Source: Lachnospiraceae bacterium (lineage in GTDB: Bacteria > Bacillota > Clostridia > Lachnospirales > Lachnospiraceae). Taken from it: a stretch of DNA of 64,000 nucleotides. The stretch lies in contig JAWXVC010000011.1 of the NCBI GenBank assembly GCA_044425805.1, forward strand, positions 7,768 through 71,767, given 5' to 3'. How positions within the stretch are numbered: the first letter of the stretch is position 1; each line of letters starts with the position of its first letter. Of the stretch, positions 1-9,330 are shown in pieces. A program made the translations under genes and the position numbers. The notes beneath the pieces are model-generated. The model made no database searches and was not told the origin of the DNA. It saw only the letters and a program-made list of their open reading frames with translations.

Positions 1-33
1 AATAGTATTATTTTTAAAGTTGATATTCATGAT

Positions 34-1803
34 ATGAAGGTTGAATTTTTTGGGGAATCGGTCGCGAACTTTTATCTTGATGGAGTGGACTATAATTTTT
101 ATCAAGAAATTTTAGACAGGGACTTAGTATACGAAGAAGATCAAGATGTTTTTAAAGAACTTGTTGTGAATATAAAAACTGGAATAGAAAAAAAGTTAAA
201 GCTCCGCTTGAATGCGAAGGATGGAAGACATGATTGGTATCAAGCAGAATATATAATTTATAGAGATGATGCAGGTGTAGCTGTTAGTGCATTTGGAAAG
301 ATGACAAATGTTCAAACAAATCATGAGCTTCTAGAAAAAGCAAACCTTGACTTATTGACATCATGTATTAACAAGGGGACCTTTGAGATACTTACAAAAT
401 CATTGTTGCAGGAAAAAACAGACACACAGCATGCGTTTATTATTATGGATATTGATAATTTTAAAGCTGTGAATGATAATTTGGGGCATTTTTTTGGAGA
501 TATAGTCCTAAAAGAGATTTCTGGAAAGTTAAAACGTATTTTTAGATCCAGAGATTATATTGCACGTATTGGTGGCGATGAATTTGTTGTTTTAATGCAC
601 GATATACATAATATTGACACGATAGAAAAAAAGGCAAAAGAAATTGTAAAAGCCTTTGATGTTACTTATAAAGGAGAAAGCTCCAATTATAGAATATCAG
701 CAAGTGTGGGAATAGCACTTTATCCATCGCAGGCTGATGATTATGAGATGCTATACCAAAAGGCAGATATTGCACTTTATCACGCCAAAAATCATGGGAA
801 GAATAATTACGCGTTCTATGAAGACAGGTTTAGTGAAGGTACAATGAGAAATACAACACCGATTGATGTTGCAAACAGAGCTTTATCAGCATATTTTAAT
901 CAAGAAGTTGCACTTGATGCCTTTAATTTACTGTTTGATAGTGTGAATAATATTGCATCCGTAGATACAGTAATGCGCCACTTAGGAGAGCATTATGGAG
1001 TGGATCGATGCTACATTTTTGAGCGCAAAGATTTTGAAAGTGACTACTATGACAATACGTATGAATGGTGTGGTTTAGGGATTGAACCTCAAAAAGAAAT
1101 GCTTCAGGATGTGCATATTTCGGCATTTGCAGAGACCTTTGCAGGGGCGAATTCAGATGGCGTGTATTATTGTAATGACGTTTCTAGTATTAAAGCTGAT
1201 AACACCAGAGAAATTCTTCAAATGCAGGGAATTCAATCGGTACTGTTTTCTTTTGTAAAAAGAGATGATGGAGTGGAATATGTTTTGGGGTTTGATGATT
1301 GTAAATCTAAACGAATATGGAAGCCAGCAGAGATTAGTACCTTGACGTATGCAAGTAAAATCATTGCGCAGTACCTACTATATAAAAAAGCAATTATTTA
1401 CATGGAAAAAGATTCCTTAGAAAAACTAAACGTATTAAATACACTTAATTTCTTTGCTTATATTATAGATGTAGAAAATTATCAGATTATGTATTATAAC
1501 GAATGTACTAAAAAAATTATACCCAAATTAGAATTAGGTGATGTTTGCTTTAGGAGATTAAGAGGAAAAGATATGCCTTGTGATGATTGTCCGATGAAGT
1601 TGATGAAAGATAATGGAGCTGCTAAAACGAGATCCTTGATTAGAAATGATAAGCTGCAATGTGAGCTATTAGTAACAGCATCCATTCTTGATAGCTTTAA
1701 CGGAAAAAAGGGTGTATTTGTATCAGCTACAGATATAACAGATATTGTTGAAAAAACAAAAATAAGTGTTGAAGATAGAAATCTTTATGCGACTTTTGAG
1801 TGA
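34..1803 (+). CDS. Sensor diguanylate cyclase (PAS/GAF-like modules + GGDEF)
   Basis: 589-aa ORF. Intact RIGGDEF active site with an RSRD I-site 5 residues upstream. C-terminal sensor-like region carries CX10CX2C cysteines. Stop codon overlaps the next ORF. Confidence 0.8.
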   Translation: MKVEFFGESVANFYLDGVDYNFYQEILDRDLVYEEDQDVFKELVVNIKTGIEKKLKLRLNAKDGRHDWYQAEYIIYRDDAGVAVSAFGKMTNVQTNHELLEKANLDLLTSCINKGTFEILTKSLLQEKTDTQHAFIIMDIDNFKAVNDNLGHFFGDIVLKEISGKLKRIFRSRDYIARIGGDEFVVLMHDIHNIDTIEKKAKEIVKAFDVTYKGESSNYRISASVGIALYPSQADDYEMLYQKADIALYHAKNHGKNNYAFYEDRFSEGTMRNTTPIDVANRALSAYFNQEVALDAFNLLFDSVNNIASVDTVMRHLGEHYGVDRCYIFERKDFESDYYDNTYEWCGLGIEPQKEMLQDVHISAFAETFAGANSDGVYYCNDVSSIKADNTREILQMQGIQSVLFSFVKRDDGVEYVLGFDDCKSKRIWKPAEISTLTYASKIIAQYLLYKKAIIYMEKDSLEKLNVLNTLNFFAYIIDVENYQIMYYNECTKKIIPKLELGDVCFRRLRGKDMPCDDCPMKLMKDNGAAKTRSLIRNDKLQCELLVTASILDSFNGKKGVFVSATDITDIVEKTKISVEDRNLYATFE

Positions 1804-1820
1804 GAGAGGAGATGATGTAT

Positions 1821-4667
1821 ATGAAGAGACTATTTAAAATGTTAGTGTTTTTAATGATATGCTTGGCTGTTTCGTTTCCACAGTATTGTCATGCAACTTC
1901 ATCGGAATCGGTCGAAACCAATATTATCAAAATAGGATACACAGATGACAGTGGTACCTTTATATCACCTGCTATTTCTGGATATGATGGTTATGGATAT
2001 GACTATATGCAAGAAATTCTTTTACATATAGATGGAGAATATCAAGTAGAATTTGTTTTGTGTGAATGGGAAGAAGTGACTACTCTTTTAGAAAGTGGGA
2101 CTATTGATCTTTTTGGTCCTTGCCTTGAGTTTGGTGCCACAGATGAGGAATGCATATATTCATCGCTTAGTGTAGGAGATGCATTTATGTTTATTGCTAC
2201 ACAAGAACACAGTACGGAATATGCAGAAGATTATTCTCATTATGACGGATGTACCATTGGTATTTTTGAAGGCGACAATAATGTTGGAGTATTGGAAGAT
2301 TTTATTGAAAATACAGGTGTTTCGTTAGAGATAGTCTATTTTTCTCAGTATGATTATTTAGAAACCACAGATATAGAAACAGTGGATTACTTTATAACTT
2401 ATTCTTTTAATCATGTTTCGGAATTTGAAATTGTAACGCAGATCGGATCAATACCACTTTATTACATGACATCTGATGACGATCAAGAGCTTATTGAAGT
2501 GATAGATGCTGCTTTGCAAAAAATGGCGTATGAAGAGTATTTGTATCAGGAAAAACTGTATATAAAGTATTACGATTATGATATAACAGCGAATACTTAT
2601 GTTTCAGATGCAGATTTAGTAAATTTACAATCATATGGTACGTATACAGCGGTAGTTCAAAATCTATATAGTCCCTTTTCTGAAATGGGAGAGAATGGCG
2701 AACTACAAGGTGTGGCTATTGATTTTATCAACATGTTAGAGGATGCAGCAGGCATTGAGATAGATGTGGTAGAGGTGGATGCTAGCACGATTAATGAAGT
2801 CGAGTATGATTTTTCTTTGTTACTACAAGGTTACGACGAAGCTGGAAGTGTGAAAGGTGATGTATATCTTGCAGTTCCTATTTTACTATTAGAGCGCAAT
2901 GGTGAGGTGAAAGACCATATAGTTGGAACGCTATCATATTATGGAATAGATGAAGAATATTTGATTGAATATTTAGATGGACAAACGATAGCAACGTATA
3001 CAAATGTTCAAGAGATGCAAGAGGATTTTGATGCAGGGAAAATAAGTGCCATGCTGATTACAACATCATCGCTTAATTACATAGCAAACGATTTGGAAGA
3101 AAAAAATTATTTAACGACCCCAGTTGAATTTGATGTGAATCTAACGATGACATTTCCTAGTGATTTTTCTAAAAACAAGATATCCATTTTTAATAGATTG
3201 ATAGCAAATCTAGATCAAACACAGCTAAGCTACTCGTTGCTTCAAAATTCATCGGCATCAAGCGATGAACTGACAGTATTTGAATTCTATCAAAAAAATC
3301 CGCTGATGATTATTGTTATTTTTATAGTCTTTGGTTTTGTTATTTGGATAATGAGCATAAGAAAAAGCTTAGAGGAACGCAGACATAATAATTATGATGA
3401 ATTAACATTGCTATATACAGAAAGAAAATTTCATGATGAGGTTTATAAAAAAATCCAAGATAACCCAAGTAGGGAATATCTGTTAATTTCCATAGATATC
3501 GACAACTTTAAGTATATCAATGAATTATACGGCTATGATGTCGGCACGGAAATATTGAAAATGTTTGCAAACCATATGAAGAAGAGTGTGAGTGAAGAGA
3601 CTATTTTGGCTAGAACCTTTGCGGATAATTTTTTCCTTTTAGTTGCAAAAGTAGATTATGAGAAACAGATTTTAAATCATGCTAATAATAACTCGATGGT
3701 ATTGCAGGAACTCAATCAGTATCTAGGAGAAGAATATAGGATTACTTTTAGTGTTGGTATATACGAAATACATGATAAAAAACTAGAACTGAATTTTATG
3801 ATGGACTGTACAAACTTGGCTAGACTACAGGGTAAAGGCATTAGCGATACAACTATTGATTTTTACGATGAAGAGATTAATGATAGGCGTATAGTAAATA
3901 ATGATATTATCACTAGCATGGAACAGGGGATAGTAGGGAACGAGTTTGTTTTTTACTATCAACCAAAGGTAGACTTGAATCGAGGATGTTTACATGGAGC
4001 TGAAGCGCTAGTACGTTGGAATAAAAATGGGGTATTTACACCTCCTAATAGTTTTATACCGCTATTTGAAAAAAACGGTTTCATTAGAGTTTTAGATTAC
4101 TATGTATTTGAAGCGGTGTGTAAATTTATTGCAGTACATAGCTTTGAAACAATACCACAAATTTCTATCAACTTTTCTGGTGTCACTATTGTTGAAACAG
4201 ATGTTCTTTCAAGATTGCTTGCGATAATAGAAAAGTATGATTTAAAGCCTGAGTATTTTGATATAGAGCTTACGGAGACTGCGTTTGTGGAACGATTCGA
4301 TGCTGTAAAAAGTACAGTTCATGCCTTGCATGCAGAAGGGTTTACTGTTTCTATGGATGATTTTGGAGCTGGTATTTCATCTTTGAATAGACTTAAAAAT
4401 ATTGACATTGATACGATTAAAATCGACAGAGAATTATTGGAAGGTCATATGGAGGATGAAAAAGGTATTGTTATATTAAAAGGTATTTTAGATATGTCAA
4501 ATGGTCTTGGGTTAGATATTGTTGCTGAGGGTGTAGAGACGAGAGAACAAATGAAGTTTTTACAAAACCATAATTGTTATATAGGCCAAGGATATTATTT
4601 TTCAAAACCTGTTGCAGAACAGGAGTTTTATGAAATGTGTAATAAAAATAAATTCGATATTTCTTAA
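1821..4667 (+). CDS. Membrane-anchored c-di-GMP phosphodiesterase (periplasmic solute-binding-like region, degenerate GGDEF, EAL)
   Basis: ORF runs 1800-4667. ATG 1821 is preferred: GAGAGGAG lies 9 nt upstream and MKRLFKML looks like a signal sequence. The GGDEF position reads FADNF. EAL motifs EALVRW, DDFGAG and EGVET are intact. One TM helix sits before the cytoplasmic part. Confidence 0.8.
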   Translation: MKRLFKMLVFLMICLAVSFPQYCHATSSESVETNIIKIGYTDDSGTFISPAISGYDGYGYDYMQEILLHIDGEYQVEFVLCEWEEVTTLLESGTIDLFGPCLEFGATDEECIYSSLSVGDAFMFIATQEHSTEYAEDYSHYDGCTIGIFEGDNNVGVLEDFIENTGVSLEIVYFSQYDYLETTDIETVDYFITYSFNHVSEFEIVTQIGSIPLYYMTSDDDQELIEVIDAALQKMAYEEYLYQEKLYIKYYDYDITANTYVSDADLVNLQSYGTYTAVVQNLYSPFSEMGENGELQGVAIDFINMLEDAAGIEIDVVEVDASTINEVEYDFSLLLQGYDEAGSVKGDVYLAVPILLLERNGEVKDHIVGTLSYYGIDEEYLIEYLDGQTIATYTNVQEMQEDFDAGKISAMLITTSSLNYIANDLEEKNYLTTPVEFDVNLTMTFPSDFSKNKISIFNRLIANLDQTQLSYSLLQNSSASSDELTVFEFYQKNPLMIIVIFIVFGFVIWIMSIRKSLEERRHNNYDELTLLYTERKFHDEVYKKIQDNPSREYLLISIDIDNFKYINELYGYDVGTEILKMFANHMKKSVSEETILARTFADNFFLLVAKVDYEKQILNHANNNSMVLQELNQYLGEEYRITFSVGIYEIHDKKLELNFMMDCTNLARLQGKGISDTTIDFYDEEINDRRIVNNDIITSMEQGIVGNEFVFYYQPKVDLNRGCLHGAEALVRWNKNGVFTPPNSFIPLFEKNGFIRVLDYYVFEAVCKFIAVHSFETIPQISINFSGVTIVETDVLSRLLAIIEKYDLKPEYFDIELTETAFVERFDAVKSTVHALHAEGFTVSMDDFGAGISSLNRLKNIDIDTIKIDRELLEGHMEDEKGIVILKGILDMSNGLGLDIVAEGVETREQMKFLQNHNCYIGQGYYFSKPVAEQEFYEMCNKNKFDIS

Positions 4668-4672
4668 TAGAG

Positions 4673-4701
4673 ATCAGCACACTTTCGTGTGCTGATTTTT
4701 C
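4673..4701 (+). terminator. Rho-independent terminator
   Basis: ATCAGCACAC-TTTC-GTGTGCTGAT stem-loop followed by TTTTT, 6 nt after the stop codon. Confidence 0.75.
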
Positions 4702-4722
4702 TAGGAACAGGAAAGGAAACAT

Positions 4723-5433
4723 ATGTTAGGTACTATTGTAAATGTTCTTGCAGTTGTTATAGGGAGTGTTTTAGGTATATTGTTTAAAAGTGGAATGAAG
4801 GAGAAATATAGAGAAATATTAATGACTGCACTTGGTTTGGCGGTGTTATTTGTTGGGCTATCAGGTGCTTTAGATGGATTGTTAGAAGCTGATGCAGTTC
4901 CTATGCTTTATATTGTAAGCCTCGTGGTAGGATCTTTGCTTGGTACCTGGATTGATATAGAAAGAAGATTAGAGTCTCTAGGGGATTTTATTGAGCAAAA
5001 GATGAAGGGATCTGAGTCAAATATTTCTCAGGGATTTGTAACGGCAAGTTTGATTTATTGTGTTGGGACAATGGCAATTTTAGGCTCCATCGAAAGTGGT
5101 ATTTCTAGTGACCATACTACGTTGTATATTAAAAGCATGTTAGATGGTGTGATGTCAATTATTCTTGCATCCTCTATGGGGATAGGGGTTATGATATCAT
5201 CACTTAGTGTATTAATATACCAAGGTAGTATTACACTGTTTGCATCAGTGTTACAGCCATTTATTACGGTAGATATGATGCGTGAGATTGGTATTGTAGG
5301 TGGTGTTTTGATTTTTTGCTTAGGACTTAATATACTTGAATTTAAAAAAATAAAAGTAGGTAATATGTTGCCAGCTATAGTGGTACCGGTCATTTATTAT
5401 TTACCATGGATACAAAATCTTTTTAATTCTTGA
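4723..5433 (+). CDS. DUF554-family integral membrane protein (YdfK/YqgA-like)
   Basis: 236 aa and multi-TM. N-terminus MLGTIVNVLAVVIGSVLG is typical of DUF554. RBS AGGAAAGGAA lies upstream. Confidence 0.6.
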   Translation: MLGTIVNVLAVVIGSVLGILFKSGMKEKYREILMTALGLAVLFVGLSGALDGLLEADAVPMLYIVSLVVGSLLGTWIDIERRLESLGDFIEQKMKGSESNISQGFVTASLIYCVGTMAILGSIESGISSDHTTLYIKSMLDGVMSIILASSMGIGVMISSLSVLIYQGSITLFASVLQPFITVDMMREIGIVGGVLIFCLGLNILEFKKIKVGNMLPAIVVPVIYYLPWIQNLFNS

Positions 5434-5524
5434 AAAATTATAAAATTTTGTGTGTTATATAAAGAAAATACATGTCTCTAATGAATTATCTAGTATAATA
5501 GCTATAATATAAAAGCGCTTCGAT

Positions 5525-7714
5525 ATGGAGGGAAGTATGATGCAGGATTTAAATATAAAAGATATACCCTTAGAATTTCGGGAAGAAATTGTATTACAAA
5601 TGGTAGAATGTAAAAAAGAAAATGAACTGTATGATGAGTTTGCACAAGAAGCAAGAGAATGTTATGAACTATATCATCATTTGCTACGACCACATATTGT
5701 GACTCATTTTGAAGAAATTAATTTAAAAGAAATAGACGATAACCTATCAGGAGTAGAAAAGGTTGTTTTTAGTACGATTACAGTGGGAGATGCATTTAGC
5801 AAGCTGTCGACAAAATATTTTGAGACGGGTGATTTTGTGAAAGGAATGCTAGCGGATGCTATTGCTGATGATGCACTGTTTCAAGCAGATTCCTTTATGC
5901 AAGAACAATTAAAAACTCAGTGTGTCATACAAGGCTATGGTGTGAAAACGCGTTTAGAACCACCAAATGAAGTGCCAATCGAAGTACAACGCTATATTTA
6001 CAATAAAACGAATGCAGCAGCACTTACTGAAATCTCGATATTAGAAAGTTGTATGTTAAATCCAGTAAAGTCCATGTGTATTGTTTATATTTTAAAATCC
6101 AATTGTGATGAATTTCATATGAGTCATGATTGCAAAAAATGTCATAGTTATACATGCGCTCTTAGAAACTTACAAAAGAAAAGTCTAAAGGTTTTTGATG
6201 GAACTACTACGAAAGAATATGTGTATGAAGTGGGAATCTCTTTATTAGAGAGTTTGAAACGTCATAAAATTTATGTCCCTGCCATGTGCAATGGGAATGG
6301 AACTTGTGGAAAGTGTTCTGTTAGATTTATGGATGGTGTTACGGAGATTACAGCTGCTGATGAGCAAGTTTTTACAGAGAGCGAATTGCAAAGAGGGATG
6401 AGATTAAGCTGTAGGTCTTTCCCATCAAAAGATTGTCTAGTTGAAGTGTTAGCTTCTGAGCAAGATATTGAAGTGCTCAGTGATTATAAAGTGCAAGAAG
6501 ATGCACTTTATATATCAGATGTTACACGAGTAGGTGGTTGTGCAGTGGCGATTGATATAGGAACTACAACTATTGCAATGCAGTGTATAGAAAAGTCGAC
6601 CAAGTGTGTGGTTGATACCAATGTTGGAATCAATATGCAAAGAGCCTATGGTGGTGACGTTATTTCTAGAATCAAAGCATCTAACGATGGGAACAAGGAT
6701 GTGTTACAGGAGAGTATACATCAAGATTTATCAAAGGGGATTGAAAAATTTCTTGATAAAGGCTATGAAATAGAAGATATATATATTAGCGGTAATACCA
6801 CGATGATTCATCTATTTATGGCCTACTCATGTGAAAAACTTGGTGTGTTTCCGTTTATTCCAGAAACGGTAGAAGCGATTCAAACTACCATGGTTTTAAA
6901 AGAAAAGTTAGTGCTTCCAGTTCATATTATGCCAGGTATTTCGGCTTTTGTTGGTGCAGATATTGTGGCGGGGATGCTAGCATGTGATATGGATCAGTCA
7001 GATAAGGTATCTGTTCTCATTGATCTTGGCACAAATGGAGAGATGGCAATTGGTAATAAAAAACGTATGATTGTGACTTCAACAGCGGCAGGGCCAGCTT
7101 TTGAAGGCGGTAATATTTCGAGAGGATGTGCAAGCATTGGAGGTGCCATTCATGCAATCGCCTTAGAGGGTAGAAATGTGGCAAAGCTTGAAACAATATA
7201 CGAAAAAGAACCGATTGGGATTTGTGGAACGGGTGTTGTTGATATAACATCGGAGCTTTTACGCGTAGAACTTATAGATGAAACGGGTCGTCTAGATGAT
7301 GATTATTTTGATGATGGTTTTGTTCTCTATAAATCGAAAGAGGATAGCATTGTGTTTACACAAAAAGATATACGAGAAATACAACTAGCCAAATCAGCAA
7401 TACGTGCAGGTCTAGAAGTGCTGATTCTAGAATTTGGTGTAACTTATGAAGATATAGATAAAGTATACCTAGCAGGTGGATTTGGCTGTAAAATGGATAT
7501 TAAAAAAGGCGTATTCCTTGGAATGTTCCCAGAAGAATTGGAAGATAAGATGGAAGCTATTGGAAATAGTGCGCTCGAGGGTTGTATCTTATATGCAATG
7601 GATGAAAATGCGAGAAATAGAGCGGATGCGATAGAAAAAACCGCGAAAGAAGTAAACCTTTCTGAAACGAAACAATTTAATGATTTGTACATGGAATACA
7701 TGTTCTTCGAATAG
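5525..7714 (+). CDS. Corrinoid reductive activase (RACo/RamA-like: 2Fe-2S ferredoxin + ASKHA ATPase) with extra N-terminal domain
   Basis: 729 aa. Plant-type ferredoxin motif CNGNGTCGKC...LSCR. ASKHA phosphate motifs AIDIGTTT and LIDLGTNGE. About 230 extra N-terminal residues. Alternative starts at ATG 5537 and 5540. Confidence 0.75.
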   Translation: MEGSMMQDLNIKDIPLEFREEIVLQMVECKKENELYDEFAQEARECYELYHHLLRPHIVTHFEEINLKEIDDNLSGVEKVVFSTITVGDAFSKLSTKYFETGDFVKGMLADAIADDALFQADSFMQEQLKTQCVIQGYGVKTRLEPPNEVPIEVQRYIYNKTNAAALTEISILESCMLNPVKSMCIVYILKSNCDEFHMSHDCKKCHSYTCALRNLQKKSLKVFDGTTTKEYVYEVGISLLESLKRHKIYVPAMCNGNGTCGKCSVRFMDGVTEITAADEQVFTESELQRGMRLSCRSFPSKDCLVEVLASEQDIEVLSDYKVQEDALYISDVTRVGGCAVAIDIGTTTIAMQCIEKSTKCVVDTNVGINMQRAYGGDVISRIKASNDGNKDVLQESIHQDLSKGIEKFLDKGYEIEDIYISGNTTMIHLFMAYSCEKLGVFPFIPETVEAIQTTMVLKEKLVLPVHIMPGISAFVGADIVAGMLACDMDQSDKVSVLIDLGTNGEMAIGNKKRMIVTSTAAGPAFEGGNISRGCASIGGAIHAIALEGRNVAKLETIYEKEPIGICGTGVVDITSELLRVELIDETGRLDDDYFDDGFVLYKSKEDSIVFTQKDIREIQLAKSAIRAGLEVLILEFGVTYEDIDKVYLAGGFGCKMDIKKGVFLGMFPEELEDKMEAIGNSALEGCILYAMDENARNRADAIEKTAKEVNLSETKQFNDLYMEYMFFE

Positions 7715-7727
7715 TAGATTGACAATT

Positions 7728-7938
7728 GAGAAACTTCTGTTTTACATTAATACTTTCGCATCTGGTATCTATATATAGCTAAAGAGGTACGTTTGCACTA
7801 CACCTCATACGTAACGGTTCATAAAATACTAAGTCGTAGATATCATTTCTTAGTATTTAAGAACCGACTCGCTAGTACCTCTTTTAGCTATATATAGATA
7901 CCTAGACGAGAAAGTTTATATATAAAATAGAAGTTTCA
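7728..7938 (+). repeat. Hairpin-forming intergenic repeat, copy A (full-length form)
   Basis: Long imperfect inverted repeat. GAAACTTC...GGTATCTATATATAGCTAAAGAGGTAC pairs with GTACCTCTTTTAGCTATATATAGATACC...GAAGTTTC. An inner hairpin is GGTTCATAAAATACTAAG / CTTAGTATTTAAGAACC. Homologous to copies at 35676, 50607, 60531 and 62837. Confidence 0.8.
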
Positions 7939-7992
7939 CGAATTCACCGAAAGCATAAAAAGCGAGTAATTAAATATTTTGGAAGTGATGGG

Positions 7993-8057
7993 AAATAGAA
8001 TAGGTGGTTTTATAGACCTTTGGCGTCAGCAGGTCTATAAAACCACCTATTCTATTT
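7993..8057. repeat. Perfect 27-bp inverted repeat with 11-nt loop
   Basis: AAATAGAATAGGTGGTTTTATAGACCT - TTGGCGTCAGC - AGGTCTATAAAACCACCTATTCTATTT. Lies between the convergent activase and AraC genes. No adjacent U-tract on either strand. Confidence 0.8.
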
Positions 8058-8076
8058 TAGGTCACCCCTAAAAAAA

Positions 8077-9330
8077 TTACTCGCGAAACTGCTTCGGTGA
8101 AATTCCGGTATATTTTTTAAAGACCTTGGAGAAGTAGCTTTGGTCTTCGTATCCACAGGAGATAGCAATATCAATCATAGAGTAATCAGTATGTAGTAAA
8201 AGTCGCTTGCTTTCTTCAACACGAACAATGTTTAAATGTTCTTTAAAGGTAGATCCTGTAGTTTGTTTGAATAAAGAGGACAAGTAGGAAGGATTTAAGT
8301 GTACATAATCTGCAACATCTGCAAGTGAAATATCTTCTGAAAAATGTTCTCCGATATAATGAATCACTTTTTTTATAAGTTCACTGTTCGGAGCAGTAGG
8401 GTGTGAAAAGGAGCTTTCGATAAAAGCTTCTACGGTACTTTGTAGTAAGAAGCAGAGTGTATCTAGGGTTGCAACAGATTCAACATTTTTGAAAAAGTCA
8501 TTGTTGATAATGAAAATATCATTCGTAGAGGCACCACCTTCAATGGCAGCTCTTGATAATAAAGAACAAAGTTCGAGTGATCTTGATTTGATACTTTCGA
8601 TGCTGTTTCCTTCAGAGAAGAATACATAGCCTAGTAAATCGTTTAAGAGAGCTTTTGATTGTGTAATATCGCCAGTTTTAACTTTTGAAATCAACAATTT
8701 CTCTTTGTCATATGGATATTGGGGTATCTGCTTTTCACCACCAGATTTATACATTTGAATAGATTCGTTGATTTTTGATTGCTGTAATAACTTGGATTGG
8801 TTATGTAAATAAACTTCTTTGTCATCCGAGAATACATTTCGTAGTAAATAATAGAGCAATTTACTGATGTGTGTTACGGTAGAGGGACTTAGTACAGAAA
8901 TCGAATGCGTTTCATCGTATAATTCTAACAAAGAGTCGGTTGGTATATTGTAGTGCTTTGCAATATCAGATACAAGCGTAGAATCAGGATCGTCCATTAA
9001 AAAAGGACCTACTAACACAGAACCGAGGAAAATATCGTTGTGGATTAGTGGGTAAACAATATGATTTAAATTGGCATGGCAAGAAAATATATAGCTTTCA
9101 CCAAGGGTGATTGCTTTTCTGCTCGCGTTAGTATGTACGATTTCACAAGTGCTATAGGGTGGTAAGAACGCTTGGAATTTGGTACAAAAAGAAGTTTCAC
9201 TTCCGTGTGAGATGATGATTTGCCCATTTTCATCGATAAGTTGAATTGGGAGTGCATTACAAACTTGAAAGGAATAGAGCATTTGGCTAAGTTCTTCTTT
9301 TGGAATCAATTGATAGATATATGGAATCAT
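8077..9330 (-). CDS. AraC-family transcriptional regulator with N-terminal PocR-type sensor domain
   Basis: 417 aa. C-terminal AraC HTH (ADYVHLNPSYLSSLFK ... DQSYFSKVFKKYTGISP). The Cys/His-containing N-terminal region is like PocR sensory domains. Divergent from the corrinoid protein gene. Confidence 0.8.
   Translation of the reverse strand: MIPYIYQLIPKEELSQMLYSFQVCNALPIQLIDENGQIIISHGSETSFCTKFQAFLPPYSTCEIVHTNASRKAITLGESYIFSCHANLNHIVYPLIHNDIFLGSVLVGPFLMDDPDSTLVSDIAKHYNIPTDSLLELYDETHSISVLSPSTVTHISKLLYYLLRNVFSDDKEVYLHNQSKLLQQSKINESIQMYKSGGEKQIPQYPYDKEKLLISKVKTGDITQSKALLNDLLGYVFFSEGNSIESIKSRSLELCSLLSRAAIEGGASTNDIFIINNDFFKNVESVATLDTLCFLLQSTVEAFIESSFSHPTAPNSELIKKVIHYIGEHFSEDISLADVADYVHLNPSYLSSLFKQTTGSTFKEHLNIVRVEESKRLLLHTDYSMIDIAISCGYEDQSYFSKVFKKYTGISPKQFRE

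Noticed and set aside
7993-8057. The perfect 27-bp hairpin as a bidirectional intrinsic terminator for the convergent activase and AraC genes.
   Set aside because: Neither strand has a U-tract immediately 3' of the stem. The A/T run lies on the wrong side for the minus-strand transcript. A terminator role is not excluded but is not supported by canonical features.
7728-8060. The repeats as a possible CRISPR array or tRNA-like structures.
   Set aside because: There is no regular repeat-spacer periodicity and the copies are tens of kb apart. No cas genes are present. The hairpins lack cloverleaf geometry and conserved tRNA boxes.
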